A stretch of 64,000 nt of DNA from an uncultured Chloroflexota bacterium (GCA_913045315.1 CAJWQJ010000003.1:31732-95731), one strand, 5' to 3'; positions 41,636 to 53,045 are shown, counted from the first letter of the stretch. Numbers and translations: made by a program. The notes: generated from the sequence alone by a model not told the origin.

Positions 41636-41883
41636 GTGTAATACTTGCAATTATATATATGGTGCTTCAAATCTTTTGGTTTGCTATTCTTATTCGTGCT
41701 ATATTGTCGTGGTTCCCAATAAGTTCTGAGAATCCAATCAAGCTAATTGTCGAGCAAGTTACTGAACCGATTCTGAATCCAATAAGAAATGCTCTTCCCA
41801 GAACAGGACCAGTTGATTTAAGTCCTATGGCTGCAATTATGATTTTGTTTGTAGTAATGACCGTTTTAAGAAGAATAATGTAA
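41632..41883 (+). CDS. YggT/YlmG-family membrane protein
   Basis: IRAILSW, TEPILNPIR, DLSP; typical position after proC. Confidence 0.9.
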   Translation: MSVILAIIYMVLQIFWFAILIRAILSWFPISSENPIKLIVEQVTEPILNPIRNALPRTGPVDLSPMAAIMILFVVMTVLRRIM

Positions 41884-42016
41884 ACCTAGTAAATTACAAA
41901 ATCTATCTTTTTTGATATAATCAGACAATGTTTGAGTGAGGATGGATTCCTTGTTCGTTTTTGGCTCCGAGCTCGTTCTCTAATTAAGTGTTTTTCTTGG
42001 AAAAAGGGGGCTATTC

Positions 42017-43261
42017 GTGAGTAATGATCGTATAGTAGTTACTGGAATGGGTGTTATAACACCTCTAGGTTTAGATTTAAAAACTACATGGGCTGGTTTG
42101 CTTTCTGGATCATCTGGTATTGCACCAATAACAGCCTTTGACGCCTCTGAATTCCGTTCGCAGATTGCTGCTGAAGTAACTGGATTTGACCCCGTCGATT
42201 ATATGGAAAAAAAAGAATCCAGACGAATGGATAGATTTTCCCAGTTTGCTGTTGCAGCTTCCCTTGAGGCTCTAAGTCAAGCAAGAATTGATTTAAGTGG
42301 TCCTTTGGGAGAAAAAACAGCTGTTGCCATAGGTAGTGGCGTAGGAGGAATTATAACTCTTTCTGAGCAATATGATGTCCTTTCAAATCGGGGTCCTTCT
42401 CGAATTAGTCCTTTTTTGGTCCCTATGATGTTAGTTGATATGGCTGGGGGACAAGTTTCTATTGCCCTTGGAGCTAAAGGTCCGAATTATTGCACAGTGA
42501 CTGCATGTGCAACTGGCGGAGACTCGATTGGGCATGCCTCCGAATTACTCAAAGCTGGTATTGCTGATGTAGTAATTGCTGGTGGTACTGAGGCACCAAT
42601 TTGTCCCATAGCTATTGGTGGTTTCAATGCATGCAATGCTCTATCAGTATATAATGAAAATCCTCAAAAAGCTTCACGGCCGTTTGATGCTAATCGTGAT
42701 GGTTTTGTGATAGGAGAAGGAGCTGGAGTCCTTGTACTTGAAAGGCTTGATCATGCTTTATCACGAAATGCTGAACCCATAGTTGAACTTGTAGGCTATG
42801 GCGCAACTTCAGATGCAGCTCATATCACTCAGCCAGCTCCATTTGGCGAAGGTGGTGCACGTGCAATGAAAATAGCCATGGATATGGGGGGGATCGATGT
42901 AAAGGATGTCGATTACATAAATGCACATGGCACTTCTACACCAATGAATGACAAATTTGAAACTGAGGGAATAAAATCAGTTTTTGGTGACAGATCGTAT
43001 AAAATTCCCATCAGTTCTACAAAATCAATGACTGGTCATTTACTAGGTGCAGCAGGAGCTATTGAAGCAGTTTTTGCTATTATGGCTATCAAAAACAATA
43101 TTATCCCACCTACAATTAATTTAGAAAATTCTGACGAAGAATGTGATCTTGATTATGTGCCAAATCAACCTAGAGAATATGAGGTTAATGTTGCCTTGTC
43201 GAATTCATTAGGATTTGGAGGCCATAATGCTGTTCTTGCTTTCAAAAGGTTTACTCAATAA
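42017..43261 (+). CDS. fabF: Beta-ketoacyl-ACP synthase II
   Basis: VVTGMG, TACATG, SRPFD..RDGFV.GEG, YINAHGTST, KSMTGHLLGAAG, SNSLGFGGHN. Confidence 0.96.
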   Translation: MSNDRIVVTGMGVITPLGLDLKTTWAGLLSGSSGIAPITAFDASEFRSQIAAEVTGFDPVDYMEKKESRRMDRFSQFAVAASLEALSQARIDLSGPLGEKTAVAIGSGVGGIITLSEQYDVLSNRGPSRISPFLVPMMLVDMAGGQVSIALGAKGPNYCTVTACATGGDSIGHASELLKAGIADVVIAGGTEAPICPIAIGGFNACNALSVYNENPQKASRPFDANRDGFVIGEGAGVLVLERLDHALSRNAEPIVELVGYGATSDAAHITQPAPFGEGGARAMKIAMDMGGIDVKDVDYINAHGTSTPMNDKFETEGIKSVFGDRSYKIPISSTKSMTGHLLGAAGAIEAVFAIMAIKNNIIPPTINLENSDEECDLDYVPNQPREYEVNVALSNSLGFGGHNAVLAFKRFTQ

Positions 43262-43303
43262 TTAAATCTATGGTTCGTTTTTTGTTATAAAATTGGTAGT
43301 GGT

Positions 43304-45049
43304 ATGACTTCTTCATTAAGTCTCGAAGGTTTTGATTGGATTTTATCGGAACCAATTCCTAACAGCCATAATATAATTCCCGAAATTCCTGCTCTACTTC
43401 TTCAACTTTTTTATACTAGAGGAATTATAACAAAAGATGATGTCAATTCTTATCTTTATCCAGAACTTTCTCAACTACATGACCCCTTTCTCATACAAAA
43501 TATGGATACTGCAGTTCAACGGATTATTAAGGCACGAGATCATAATGAATTGATTTCAGTTTTTGGAGATTTCGATACGGATGGTATCAGTGCAACAGTA
43601 CTTCTATACGAAGAATTATTAAGAATCGGTTGTAAAGTCTTAACTTATATACCAAATAGATCCGAAGAAGGACATGGTCTTAATAAATTGGCTATAGATT
43701 ACTTAGAAAAAAGTGGTGTTTCGTTAATAATCACTGTTGATACGGGTATAACAGCTATTGAGGAAGTCTCGTATGCTAATGATAGAAATATTGATACTAT
43801 TATTACTGATCACCATGTCCCTAATGAAATTGCCCCAAAAGCACTTGCAATATTAAGTTGTGATTCACTTTCTACTATTACCGAAAAATTCCTATATCCT
43901 TTTCAACATCTTACAGGTGCCGGTTTGGCATTTAAGTTAGTGCAAGCATTGGATGATCAACTATCATTATCTATTTTAAATAAATCCTTGGAGATGGCAG
44001 CTATTGGAACGATAGCTGATATGGCTCCATTGTTAGGTGAGAATCGAGTAATCGCAATTGAGGGATTAAAATCTCTTAAGCAAACTAATCGCCCAGGATT
44101 TAACCAATTGTTCCGGTTGTTAAAGCTTGATAAGGAATACTTGGATCATTCTACAATTCCTTTCATTTTGTCTCCAAGAATTAACGCTCCAGGAAGATTG
44201 GGGTCTCCTGATCTAAGTTTTAAATTCCTTACAGAAAAAAATATTGATCAGGCCGAGTTATTAGCAAAAGAGATAGAAAATCTTAATAATCAGAGAAAAA
44301 GATTAACCCAAGAGTCCTTAGAAATAGCAATGGAAGAAGCTGATCAGCAATCCAAAACGGAATCCATGATTGTCTTATTTGGAGAGAATTACAACCTTGG
44401 ATTATTAGGCTTAATAGCAGGTCGAATATCAGAAAAATATAATCGTCCGGCTTTTGTTGTTACCCAAGAAGATGGTTTGCTTAGAGGAAGTGGGAGAAGT
44501 GTAGATTGGTTTGATATTGTAAGTGCATTTGAGAAATGTTCTTCACTTTTTCTAAAACATGGTGGACACAAGGCTGCGGGAGGATTTACTGCTGAGAAGG
44601 AAAATTTTGAGGAAATTAAAGCAAAATTAAAATCAATAGCTCGCAACAATTCAAACATAGAAGAAATTAAAAAATCTATAAAAATTGATTCTGTGGTATT
44701 GCTCAAAGATTTAGTAGGTGAAACCTTTTCTCTAATTTCGTCTATGGAGCCATTTGGAATTGGCAATCCTGATCCCATTTTTATGTCGCAAAATGTTCAA
44801 ATTAAAGAAATTAGATTTTTGGGTATTCGTAGGAATTTTGTATTACTCAAAATGGTTCAAGATAATGTAACTTGGGATGGATTTTCTAGTGCAAAAATTG
44901 TTGAGAAATTTCCTTTTGAACCTAATAAAAATAATCCACTTAACGTAGATGTTGTATACAATGTTGAAAAATCTTCATATCAAGGTGTTCAGGTTGTTAG
45001 ATTGAGAATTATAGATTTAAAGCTATACGTTGGAACTGATATCTGTTAG
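43304..45049 (+). CDS. recJ: ssDNA-specific exonuclease RecJ
   Basis: GDFDTDG, PNR..EGHGL, TVDTG, TDHH, GTIAD, PRINA.GR, GSGRS, GGH..AGG, EPFG.GNP.P. Confidence 0.95.
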   Translation: MTSSLSLEGFDWILSEPIPNSHNIIPEIPALLLQLFYTRGIITKDDVNSYLYPELSQLHDPFLIQNMDTAVQRIIKARDHNELISVFGDFDTDGISATVLLYEELLRIGCKVLTYIPNRSEEGHGLNKLAIDYLEKSGVSLIITVDTGITAIEEVSYANDRNIDTIITDHHVPNEIAPKALAILSCDSLSTITEKFLYPFQHLTGAGLAFKLVQALDDQLSLSILNKSLEMAAIGTIADMAPLLGENRVIAIEGLKSLKQTNRPGFNQLFRLLKLDKEYLDHSTIPFILSPRINAPGRLGSPDLSFKFLTEKNIDQAELLAKEIENLNNQRKRLTQESLEIAMEEADQQSKTESMIVLFGENYNLGLLGLIAGRISEKYNRPAFVVTQEDGLLRGSGRSVDWFDIVSAFEKCSSLFLKHGGHKAAGGFTAEKENFEEIKAKLKSIARNNSNIEEIKKSIKIDSVVLLKDLVGETFSLISSMEPFGIGNPDPIFMSQNVQIKEIRFLGIRRNFVLLKMVQDNVTWDGFSSAKIVEKFPFEPNKNNPLNVDVVYNVEKSSYQGVQVVRLRIIDLKLYVGTDIC

Positions 45050-45120
45050 AGTTGTTTTTTGGCCCTCTTGAATTCCTTTGATAAAAACATTTTCAATATA
45101 TGTTGAAAAAATAAGCAAGG

Positions 45121-46512
45121 TTGATTGTGTCTGAAGAGAAAAATTTACCCGAAGGTGATTTAAATAACAGAGATTCTGTAGTAAATGAACCTTCGAGCCA
45201 AATAAATAATAATTTTACCAATTCTTTTGCAACTGGTGGAGCGTCAAGTTTTCCTCCTGCTCAAAAACTTAGTTTGAAAAATCTGCAAACATTTTCTTCT
45301 CTTAAAAATGGTGTTTTTAGGCTCTATTATGGAGCCATGTTAGGACAAATGGCAGCCATGAATATGCAGATGATGATTCGATCACTCTTGATTTATCGAC
45401 TTACCGATTCCGCACTTCATTTAGGTTATTTGGCATTGGCTCAGTCACTACCAATGTTAGTATTTTCCTTATTTGGTGGAGTTATAGCTGAACGTATCCA
45501 AAAGAAATATGTTTTACTTGTTGGGCAAGCAGCATCAGGTATTCTTACTTTAATTGTTGCTATTTGTCTTACATATGGATGGATGACAAGTCAAACTTGG
45601 TGGATCTTGATCTTAGCATCTTTGGGTCAAGGAATAATTATGGGATTAATGATGCCAGCCCGTCAGGCAATGATTGCAGATATTGTTAGACGTGACCAAC
45701 TTATGAATGCTGTTGCATTAAATACATTCGGAATGAATGGTTTAAGATTGACTGCTCCCGCGTTATCAGGGTTTCTTATTTACTTCTTTGGAGGTGATAA
45801 GGAAGGATTAGTAGGATTTGATGCTGTATATTATTTTATGACAGCAATGTATTTAGTAGCAGTCATTTTTGTGCTTTTAATGCCCCATACAGGTGTTGTG
45901 TCTCTAAAAGGTAAGGGTGCATTAGGTGATATTGTCGCTGGAATCAAGTATGCAAGATATGAGCCAATTATTCGTATTATTCTTGTCATAACTTTCTTAA
46001 CAGTGTTGTTGTCTATGCCATACATGTTCTTATTACCTGTATTTACTGAAGATGTTCTTGATGTTGGGGCAAGCGGATTAGGAGTTTTGATAAGCATTTC
46101 TGGTATTGGTGCTATGTTGGGTTCTTTGGTTCTTGCTTCCCTTCCTGATAAGCATCGAGGTCATATATTGTTGATTGGTTCGCTTGTTTCAGGAATTTCC
46201 CTAACCGGTTTTGCATTTTCAACCGTGTGGATTGGTGCAGTTATTTTTATTTTTTTTGTTGGACTCGGGCAAACAGTAAGAATGACTCTTGGGAATGCTT
46301 TATTGCAGTACTATGTTCAGGAAGAGTTCCGTGGCCGAATTATGGCTTTGTATATGATGGAATTTGGTCTAACAAGCTTTGGTGTTTTTGGTGCTAGTCT
46401 TCTTGCAGATATGATTGGTGTTGAGTGGTCGATTGGTGGGATGGCTATTGCTTTGATAATAGCTACTATTATTGTTTATTTTGTAAGCCCTCGTATGCGT
46501 CAGCTTCAATAG
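45121..46512 (+). CDS. MFS transporter
   Basis: About 12 hydrophobic segments; GGVIAERIQKK motif A; PARQAMI; RGRIMALY. Confidence 0.9.
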   Translation: MIVSEEKNLPEGDLNNRDSVVNEPSSQINNNFTNSFATGGASSFPPAQKLSLKNLQTFSSLKNGVFRLYYGAMLGQMAAMNMQMMIRSLLIYRLTDSALHLGYLALAQSLPMLVFSLFGGVIAERIQKKYVLLVGQAASGILTLIVAICLTYGWMTSQTWWILILASLGQGIIMGLMMPARQAMIADIVRRDQLMNAVALNTFGMNGLRLTAPALSGFLIYFFGGDKEGLVGFDAVYYFMTAMYLVAVIFVLLMPHTGVVSLKGKGALGDIVAGIKYARYEPIIRIILVITFLTVLLSMPYMFLLPVFTEDVLDVGASGLGVLISISGIGAMLGSLVLASLPDKHRGHILLIGSLVSGISLTGFAFSTVWIGAVIFIFFVGLGQTVRMTLGNALLQYYVQEEFRGRIMALYMMEFGLTSFGVFGASLLADMIGVEWSIGGMAIALIIATIIVYFVSPRMRQLQ

Positions 46513-46596
46513 ATAGTGTTATGGAATTTACTTGTATTGCTATAGCATGATAGAATGGAAGTTGATATGTAACCCTATATTAAGGAGGTACTAGCT

Positions 46597-48606
46597 GTGG
46601 CACAAGAAGTCGCAGTCGCTTTTGGCGCCGGGGTATTAGCATTGATTTTTGCAGGATTTTTAGTTGCAAAAGTTATGCGAGAGCCTCAGGGCAATGATGA
46701 TATGCAAGCCATCGCACGAAGCATACAAATTGGTGCAATGGCATTTCTGAGAAGGGAATATACCTATCTTTCAATTTTTGTGGTTGTGGTTGCTATTCTT
46801 ATAGCAGTATTGATTGAACCTGAAACTGCGATAGCATATGTGTTAGGAGCTGTTATATCTGCTGCTACTGGATTCTTAGGAATGATAATTGCAACTCGTG
46901 CAAATGTAAGGACAACTGCAGCAGCAACTAAAGGACTTAATCCCGCATTACGTGTTGCTTTTTCAAGTGGTGGAGTAATGGGTCTAACTGTAGTTGGATT
47001 AGGATTGATTGGTCTTACCGTATTATTTACTGTGTTTGGAAATATTTCCGATAACGCAGATGATGTGATTAGTTGGATTACAGGATTCTCCTTTGGAGCC
47101 TCAACGATAGCATTGTTTGCTCGTGTTGGTGGAGGTATTTTCACCAAAGCGGCTGATGTAGGTGCCGATTTGGTTGGAAAAGTTGAGCAAGGTATTCCTG
47201 AAGATGATCCGAGAAACCCTGCAGTAATTGCTGACAATGTTGGGGACAATGTTGGTGATGTTGCTGGTATGGGTGCAGATCTTTTTGAATCGTATGTTGG
47301 ATCAATCATAGCAGCAATGGCCATTGCTGTTTTTGCAGGTTTAGCTGCGAAAGATCTTGCATCTGAGTACCTGTTTTTCCCAATGTTAATTGCAGCTGGC
47401 GGAATTGCAGCTTCAATTATTGGAACTTTTTTTGTTAGGGCTAAGGAAGATGCAAATTTCAGTAGCCTTTTATGGGCAATTCGAAGAGGCATACTTATTG
47501 CTGGTGTACTAGTGGTAATTATTAGCTATTTCATTACTGACTGGTTAAGTTTAGACATCGATCTTTTCTATTGCGTAGTAACTGGTTTGGGAGGCGGTGT
47601 AATTATAGGTTTTATAACAGAATATTATACTTCGTATGATTATAAACCTACCCAAATTGTTTCTGAAAATTCTCAAACTGGACCTGCTACTGTAATTATT
47701 GCTGGCTTTGCATTAGGTATGCAGAGTACACTTATCCCTGTTCTTGTAGTTGCCATGGGTGTTTTTATTTCGTTTGAATTAGCAGGATTTTACGGAGTAG
47801 CTATTGCTGCTGTAGGCATGCTTTCAACGCTTGGAATTACCTTGGCCACTGATGCCTATGGTCCTGTTGCTGATAATGCTGGTGGAATTGCTGAACAATC
47901 TAAACAAGAACCTGAAGTAAGAGAAAGAACTGATGCTTTGGACTCTTTAGGAAATACTACAGCAGCAACTGGAAAAGGTTTTGCTATAGGTTCAGCTGCT
48001 CTAACTGCTTTGGCTCTAATGGCTGCATTTGCTCAAGCCACCGAAATTGAATCTGCAGATTTATTAAATCACAAAACAGTTGTAGGACTAATGATAGGTT
48101 CTATGCTTCCCTACGTTTTTTCAGCTATGACAATGAATGCGGTTGGAAGAGCGGCCTTTTCTTTGGTGAATGAAGTGAGACGGCAATTTCGTGAAATACC
48201 CGGAATTATGGAGGGAACGGCTGAACCTGAGTATGATAAATGTGTTGATATGAGTACTAGAGGTGCTCTTAGGGAAATGATTTTACCAGGTGTTTTGGCA
48301 GTTGCTGCTCCAGTAATTATTGGGGTTGTTTTAGGTAAAGAAGCTTTGGCAGGAATGCTTATTGGTTCTATTGCATCAGGCTTTATGCTTGCAGTTGCAA
48401 TGGCAAATGCAGGTGGTGCTTGGGATAATGCAAAGAAATATATTGAACAAGGACAGCATGGAGGCAAAGGCAGTGAATCCCATCACGCTGCAGTGGTAGG
48501 TGATACAGTTGGGGATCCATTTAAAGATACTTCAGGACCTTCTCTCAATATATTGCTTAAACTGATGTCAGTAGTAGCACTTGTTTTCGCACCTCTATTT
48601 ATCTAG
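46597..48606 (+). CDS. hppA: K+-dependent membrane pyrophosphatase, probably Na+-translocating
   Basis: [43 protein letters not shown] (Ala = K+-dependent type), [14 protein letters not shown]. Confidence 0.96.
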   Translation: MAQEVAVAFGAGVLALIFAGFLVAKVMREPQGNDDMQAIARSIQIGAMAFLRREYTYLSIFVVVVAILIAVLIEPETAIAYVLGAVISAATGFLGMIIATRANVRTTAAATKGLNPALRVAFSSGGVMGLTVVGLGLIGLTVLFTVFGNISDNADDVISWITGFSFGASTIALFARVGGGIFTKAADVGADLVGKVEQGIPEDDPRNPAVIADNVGDNVGDVAGMGADLFESYVGSIIAAMAIAVFAGLAAKDLASEYLFFPMLIAAGGIAASIIGTFFVRAKEDANFSSLLWAIRRGILIAGVLVVIISYFITDWLSLDIDLFYCVVTGLGGGVIIGFITEYYTSYDYKPTQIVSENSQTGPATVIIAGFALGMQSTLIPVLVVAMGVFISFELAGFYGVAIAAVGMLSTLGITLATDAYGPVADNAGGIAEQSKQEPEVRERTDALDSLGNTTAATGKGFAIGSAALTALALMAAFAQATEIESADLLNHKTVVGLMIGSMLPYVFSAMTMNAVGRAAFSLVNEVRRQFREIPGIMEGTAEPEYDKCVDMSTRGALREMILPGVLAVAAPVIIGVVLGKEALAGMLIGSIASGFMLAVAMANAGGAWDNAKKYIEQGQHGGKGSESHHAAVVGDTVGDPFKDTSGPSLNILLKLMSVVALVFAPLFI

Positions 48607-48640
48607 ATAAAAAATTTATAGTTATATGCATATTAATGGA

Positions 48641-48688
48641 CATTCTCAGGGGGTGGTAGATAATATCACCCTTGAGAATGATTTTTCT
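48641..48688 (+). terminator. Probable intrinsic terminator after hppA
   Basis: CATTCTCAGGGGGTGGTA...TATCACCCTTGAGAATG stem followed by ATTTTTCT. Confidence 0.6.
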
Positions 48689-48711
48689 CTGGATTGATGG
48701 TTTAATTCTGC

Positions 48712-51135
48712 TTGGGGGTATTTTGCCTGATGGCAGTAATGAAGTTCAGTAATAAGGTATTCCAAAAAAAATTAACTTTACTTGTTGCCTCTATTCTGTT
48801 GTTTATAATTTTACTAATTATTATCATTTCAAATTGTTCTTCTTCTGAAAATGAGATTAATTTCAATTCAAACCTAGATTCACAAATTGAATTGAATAAT
48901 ATTTTTCAATCAAATGAAGAAGATTTTAATAATCAAATTGCTACTCAATCTGATGTTGTGTTAATGGACAATCAATTTCCATTGAAGGCATATACACCTC
49001 AAGGCTGGAATTCCCCGTTAATTATTAATGGTGAAAACGGTGATCGAAATTTAAATTTTTTGTTAGAAAGTGAGGAGATTTTTATTAGTTGGTCAATTAT
49101 TAATGAATCTACAAGTAATGTTAACAAGGTTTTTTTTGTAGATTTATTACTTGATGGGATTCCTATAGAACGGTGGAAATTTTCAGGGATTTCACCTGGT
49201 GAATCTTATTCTATAACTGATTGGTCTGAACTTGCTGAGAAAGCAAATTTATCTAATGGAATTCACCAATTATCAATTGTGATTGATTCCACGAATTTAA
49301 TCGATGCTACGAATTCTCTTAATAAAAAGTTTTCAATTCAATTTACATTGAATCAATATCAAGATATAAATGTTTCGAAAAACACCAACCCTTTGAATGC
49401 AAGATTTCCAAATTTAGAATTTTTTGTGCCTGATGGTTGGAGAAATCCTATAAGGGTTAATTTAGAGAAAGATTTACCTCCTGGTGTTTTATCAACTCCC
49501 ATCGACACAACGGGTATATCAGTTCAGTTCGCCTATTTTAATGGTGGTTTAACAACAGTTGATGAATATTACCAAGTGCATGTTTATGTAAATGATGTTT
49601 TTGCTTCAAAATTTAGCAGGTGGGGTTCTTTACCTGGAGAATATGTAATTAGTACACCCATTTACAACCTGATTTCTGATCTAGATCTTGAATATGGGAA
49701 ACATGAACTAAAGGTGGTTCTAGATCCTACTTTAATGGTAATGGAATCAAATGAGAGTGATAATCAAATTACTGTTGAATTTATTTGGTCTCAAGATGGT
49801 ATTGAGATTCAACAGCAAAATGTTTCTAATGATAATGAGGCCCCCAAAGGATTAACTAATGTGCATGGATACAAATTTAATAATTGGTCTGCTTCCTTAA
49901 GTCTTTCTAACGAACCAGGTGTGTATGATAATGATCAACTTATTCATAGCAAAAATCCCTTATTTGTTAGCTGGGCACTAGAGAATAATGGATATTCTGA
50001 AACTGAATTTGAAGTTGAATTATTTGTAGATGGAAAGATTTTAAAAAAATGGGATCGTCCTAGTCTTCCTGTGGGATCTATCGATATGATTTTGGACTAT
50101 TCGATGGATTTTATTATTGATAGTGGATTCCATAATGTGCTGCTTAGAGTTATTACTGCATCTGGAGAAATTATCAATATATACGAAGATCGTTTTTATT
50201 GGGAAAAGGATTACCAGCCAAATTTTTCAAGGATCGAGAGTGTAAATTTCCTAACCAATTTTGGGGATTACTGGACAAGACATCAAGGATTAAATTTCCC
50301 AGATGATCAAATAACTACAGAAGAATTAATAACTTGGATGAGTGTTCTATATGAAGAGGTTCATGGAGAAACTATAGGAGAGAATCTTTTATTTCATATC
50401 TTAAATCCTAAGGAATATTATAGATGGATTGAATCAGAATGTAGAGATAAATCGATGAATTTATCTCCTGACATTCGTGTTTTTTATTTTGATAATTGTC
50501 AAAAAGGTGAACATTCAGATGGATACTATACTAATTGGCATGGATATAATCGTATTGTAGTCAAGTGGGATTTACGTCCATTAGAATTCTTGGCTGTTAT
50601 TAGTCATGAGCTCGGACATTACTATCAGAGTACCAAAAGAAATGAGTTGGATAAAACTTATGATCCTGAAATTATTGCCCTGAAGGAAACCCAAGCATAT
50701 GTTCATCAAAGTCTTTTGATAAAAGCTTTAGAAGATAAACTTGGTTTTGAATTAATGACATACCCTGCTACAAGAGCATACGAGCAATATGTAAGAAATG
50801 AAATAATGTCGATGAAGGAAAAAGTAGAAACATCACATGCTCATGGAAAATTATTGGCATGGGATTTGTTGCTCAATGATCCTAGTTTACGCTTGCAAAG
50901 AACAAATCTTTTTAATAATCTAAAATTAGATTTGAATAATCAAAAGTTTATGTTTGATTACCTTATTGAATTGGACATTGAAGAATCTGAAGTGAGATCA
51001 CGATTATTTATCTCTGATCTTAATACATTGTCGAATACTCTTGAGTCATTTGCAATATCTAGATTGAAGAATGGTTTATTAAATTTTGAACAAGGAGATC
51101 CGTTTTTACGAGAAACAGGTCTTTTAATTCCCTGA
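48712..51135 (+). CDS. Membrane-anchored protein with three CARDB/Ig-like repeats and a C-terminal HExxH zincin-like domain
   Basis: N-terminal hydrophobic helix; repeated W..(P/S)L / SW...N / F.V.L..DG / G.H.L....D units (one ending ESNESDN); VISHELGHYYQ...LKETQAY. Confidence 0.65.
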   Translation: MGVFCLMAVMKFSNKVFQKKLTLLVASILLFIILLIIIISNCSSSENEINFNSNLDSQIELNNIFQSNEEDFNNQIATQSDVVLMDNQFPLKAYTPQGWNSPLIINGENGDRNLNFLLESEEIFISWSIINESTSNVNKVFFVDLLLDGIPIERWKFSGISPGESYSITDWSELAEKANLSNGIHQLSIVIDSTNLIDATNSLNKKFSIQFTLNQYQDINVSKNTNPLNARFPNLEFFVPDGWRNPIRVNLEKDLPPGVLSTPIDTTGISVQFAYFNGGLTTVDEYYQVHVYVNDVFASKFSRWGSLPGEYVISTPIYNLISDLDLEYGKHELKVVLDPTLMVMESNESDNQITVEFIWSQDGIEIQQQNVSNDNEAPKGLTNVHGYKFNNWSASLSLSNEPGVYDNDQLIHSKNPLFVSWALENNGYSETEFEVELFVDGKILKKWDRPSLPVGSIDMILDYSMDFIIDSGFHNVLLRVITASGEIINIYEDRFYWEKDYQPNFSRIESVNFLTNFGDYWTRHQGLNFPDDQITTEELITWMSVLYEEVHGETIGENLLFHILNPKEYYRWIESECRDKSMNLSPDIRVFYFDNCQKGEHSDGYYTNWHGYNRIVVKWDLRPLEFLAVISHELGHYYQSTKRNELDKTYDPEIIALKETQAYVHQSLLIKALEDKLGFELMTYPATRAYEQYVRNEIMSMKEKVETSHAHGKLLAWDLLLNDPSLRLQRTNLFNNLKLDLNNQKFMFDYLIELDIEESEVRSRLFISDLNTLSNTLESFAISRLKNGLLNFEQGDPFLRETGLLIP

Positions 51136-51155
51136 GGCTTGGATAAGGTTTTTTA

Positions 51156-51893
51156 ATGATATATGATTCTAACTTTGAAATAGTAGGCCCAAACTACAAA
51201 TTGGGAGCATCTAAACATTTTTCCACTGATAATGATTCGTCTATTATCTTTTCTCATGGATTGGAAGGGGACAAGGACGGTTCAAAGTGGATGGAATGGT
51301 CCAATTTTTTACCTACTAAAGGTTTCAATGTATTACGATTCAATTATAGAGGATGCGGAAAAAGTACTGAGCAACCTAGTGATGGTGACTTTTTTGATAC
51401 AACTCTTTCAAGTCGTGTGTTTGATTATGAATTAGTTTTGAATTCGTTATCAGATTTTGGTTTGGATAATTTTCAATTAGGTGCTATTGGTTCAAGTTTT
51501 GGGGGTATGGTAATAGCTGCATCTGCTAATCCAAAACTTAAGGCAATTGCTTTGGTTGCAACACCTTTTTCCCTGGATTTTGATTTAGGGGAAGATGTTC
51601 CTTCGGGTACGTTGGAATTAGAATCAGGGGAATTTCTTAGTGGAGAATTTTTAAAAGATATCGTTTTATATGATATAGGGGAAAAATTACAACAGTATAA
51701 TATTCCTACAATAATTATTCACGGTTCTAAAGATGAAGTTGTACCAGTTGCACACGCTTATAAGTTATATGATTCCATAAATGCCCCGAGAGAATTACAT
51801 ATAATTGAAGGAGCTGATCATTCTTTAACAAATTCATCTCATCGGGATGAAGCGATTCAGCTAATTACACAATGGATGTTAAAATATCTCTGA
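51156..51893 (+). CDS. Alpha/beta-fold hydrolase
   Basis: SHGL, RFNYRGCGKS, GSSFGG nucleophile elbow, IHGSKDEVVP, GADH. Confidence 0.9.
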   Translation: MIYDSNFEIVGPNYKLGASKHFSTDNDSSIIFSHGLEGDKDGSKWMEWSNFLPTKGFNVLRFNYRGCGKSTEQPSDGDFFDTTLSSRVFDYELVLNSLSDFGLDNFQLGAIGSSFGGMVIAASANPKLKAIALVATPFSLDFDLGEDVPSGTLELESGEFLSGEFLKDIVLYDIGEKLQQYNIPTIIIHGSKDEVVPVAHAYKLYDSINAPRELHIIEGADHSLTNSSHRDEAIQLITQWMLKYL

Positions 51894-51920
51894 TATTTTT
51901 CGCTTCTAATTTGTTCAAGC

Positions 51921-53045
51921 TTAGCCAAGGTACTGTAATAGAACTCCAGCTGCTATAGCTGACCCCAATACACCTGCAACGTTAGGGCCCATGGCATGCA
52001 TCAAAAGGAAATTATTTGGATTTGTTTCTTGCCCAACTCTGTGAACAACTCTGGCAGCCATTGGAACAGCAGAAACTCCTGCAGCACCAATTAAAGGATT
52101 AATTTTTCCTCTTGTAACATAGTACATAATTTTACCAAATAAAACTCCGCTACTGGTGGCAATAGTGAATGCAAGTAATCCTAGAACAAAAATAGAGATT
52201 GTTTCAAGATTTAGGAAGCTATCAGATGTCATTGTTCCACCTACAGTTATTCCTAATAAAATTGTTGTTATATTTATAATTTCGTTTTGTGCAGCTTGAG
52301 AAAGTCTCTCCACGACACCACTTTCTCTTAGTAAATTTCCAAATGCAAGCATCCCTAATAATGGAGCTGCTTTAGGTGCAACCATAGCTGTAAGAAGTAT
52401 TATCAGGAAAGGAAATATAATTCGAACAATTTGCGGTATTTGTTGATCAGTGTATGACATTACAGTTTCACGTTCTTTTTTTGTAGTAAGGAATCTCATT
52501 ATTGGTGGTTGAATAATAGGAACAAGTGCCATGTATGAATAAGCTGAAACAGCAATAGGCCCCAATAAATTATCACCAGCCAAACTATTCGCTATGTATA
52601 TAGCAGTCGGACCATCTGCACCACCTATTATGCTAATTGCACCAGCTTCTTGGAGTGAAAACGAAGGAAGCATGACTGCTGCAATTAAAGTCCCAAATAT
52701 TCCTACCTGAGCTGCAGCTCCAAGTAGAGCTGTAGTTGGCCTCTGAATCAAAGCACTGAAGTCAGTTAAAGCTCCAACTCCAAGGAACATTAGCAATGGG
52801 AAAAGTTCTGTTTTTAATCCAAAATTTTTCAGAGTTACTAGAAATCCACCCTCTTCAGCTATCCCGGAAAAAGGAATGTTAGCAAGTATCATTCCTAAGC
52901 CAATAGGTATTAAAAGAAGAGGTTCGAAATTCTTGGAGATAGCTAAGTAGATGAACACCCCAGCGATAATGAACATTACTCCATTACCCCAAAAGCTTGC
53001 AAACTCAGCAAAAAATTGGGAATTAATACCAATCTCAGTTAGCAT
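51921..53045 (-). CDS. Na+-translocating decarboxylase beta subunit (OadB/MmdB/GcdB family)
   Basis: FEPLLLIPIG, LGAAAQ.GIF, IIGGADGPTAI, AYSYMALVPIIQPP, GVSAVPMAARV, MGPNVAGV.GS. Confidence 0.95.
   Translation of the reverse strand: MLTEIGINSQFFAEFASFWGNGVMFIIAGVFIYLAISKNFEPLLLIPIGLGMILANIPFSGIAEEGGFLVTLKNFGLKTELFPLLMFLGVGALTDFSALIQRPTTALLGAAAQVGIFGTLIAAVMLPSFSLQEAGAISIIGGADGPTAIYIANSLAGDNLLGPIAVSAYSYMALVPIIQPPIMRFLTTKKERETVMSYTDQQIPQIVRIIFPFLIILLTAMVAPKAAPLLGMLAFGNLLRESGVVERLSQAAQNEIINITTILLGITVGGTMTSDSFLNLETISIFVLGLLAFTIATSSGVLFGKIMYYVTRGKINPLIGAAGVSAVPMAARVVHRVGQETNPNNFLLMHAMGPNVAGVLGSAIAAGVLLQYLG

Noticed and set aside
46764-47492. 242-aa antisense ORF within hppA, and similar antisense ORFs within mutL, ftsA, ftsZ, carB, recJ, aroA and others
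   Set aside because: They lie fully opposite well-conserved genes, show no motifs, and are explained by codon bias on the sense strand.
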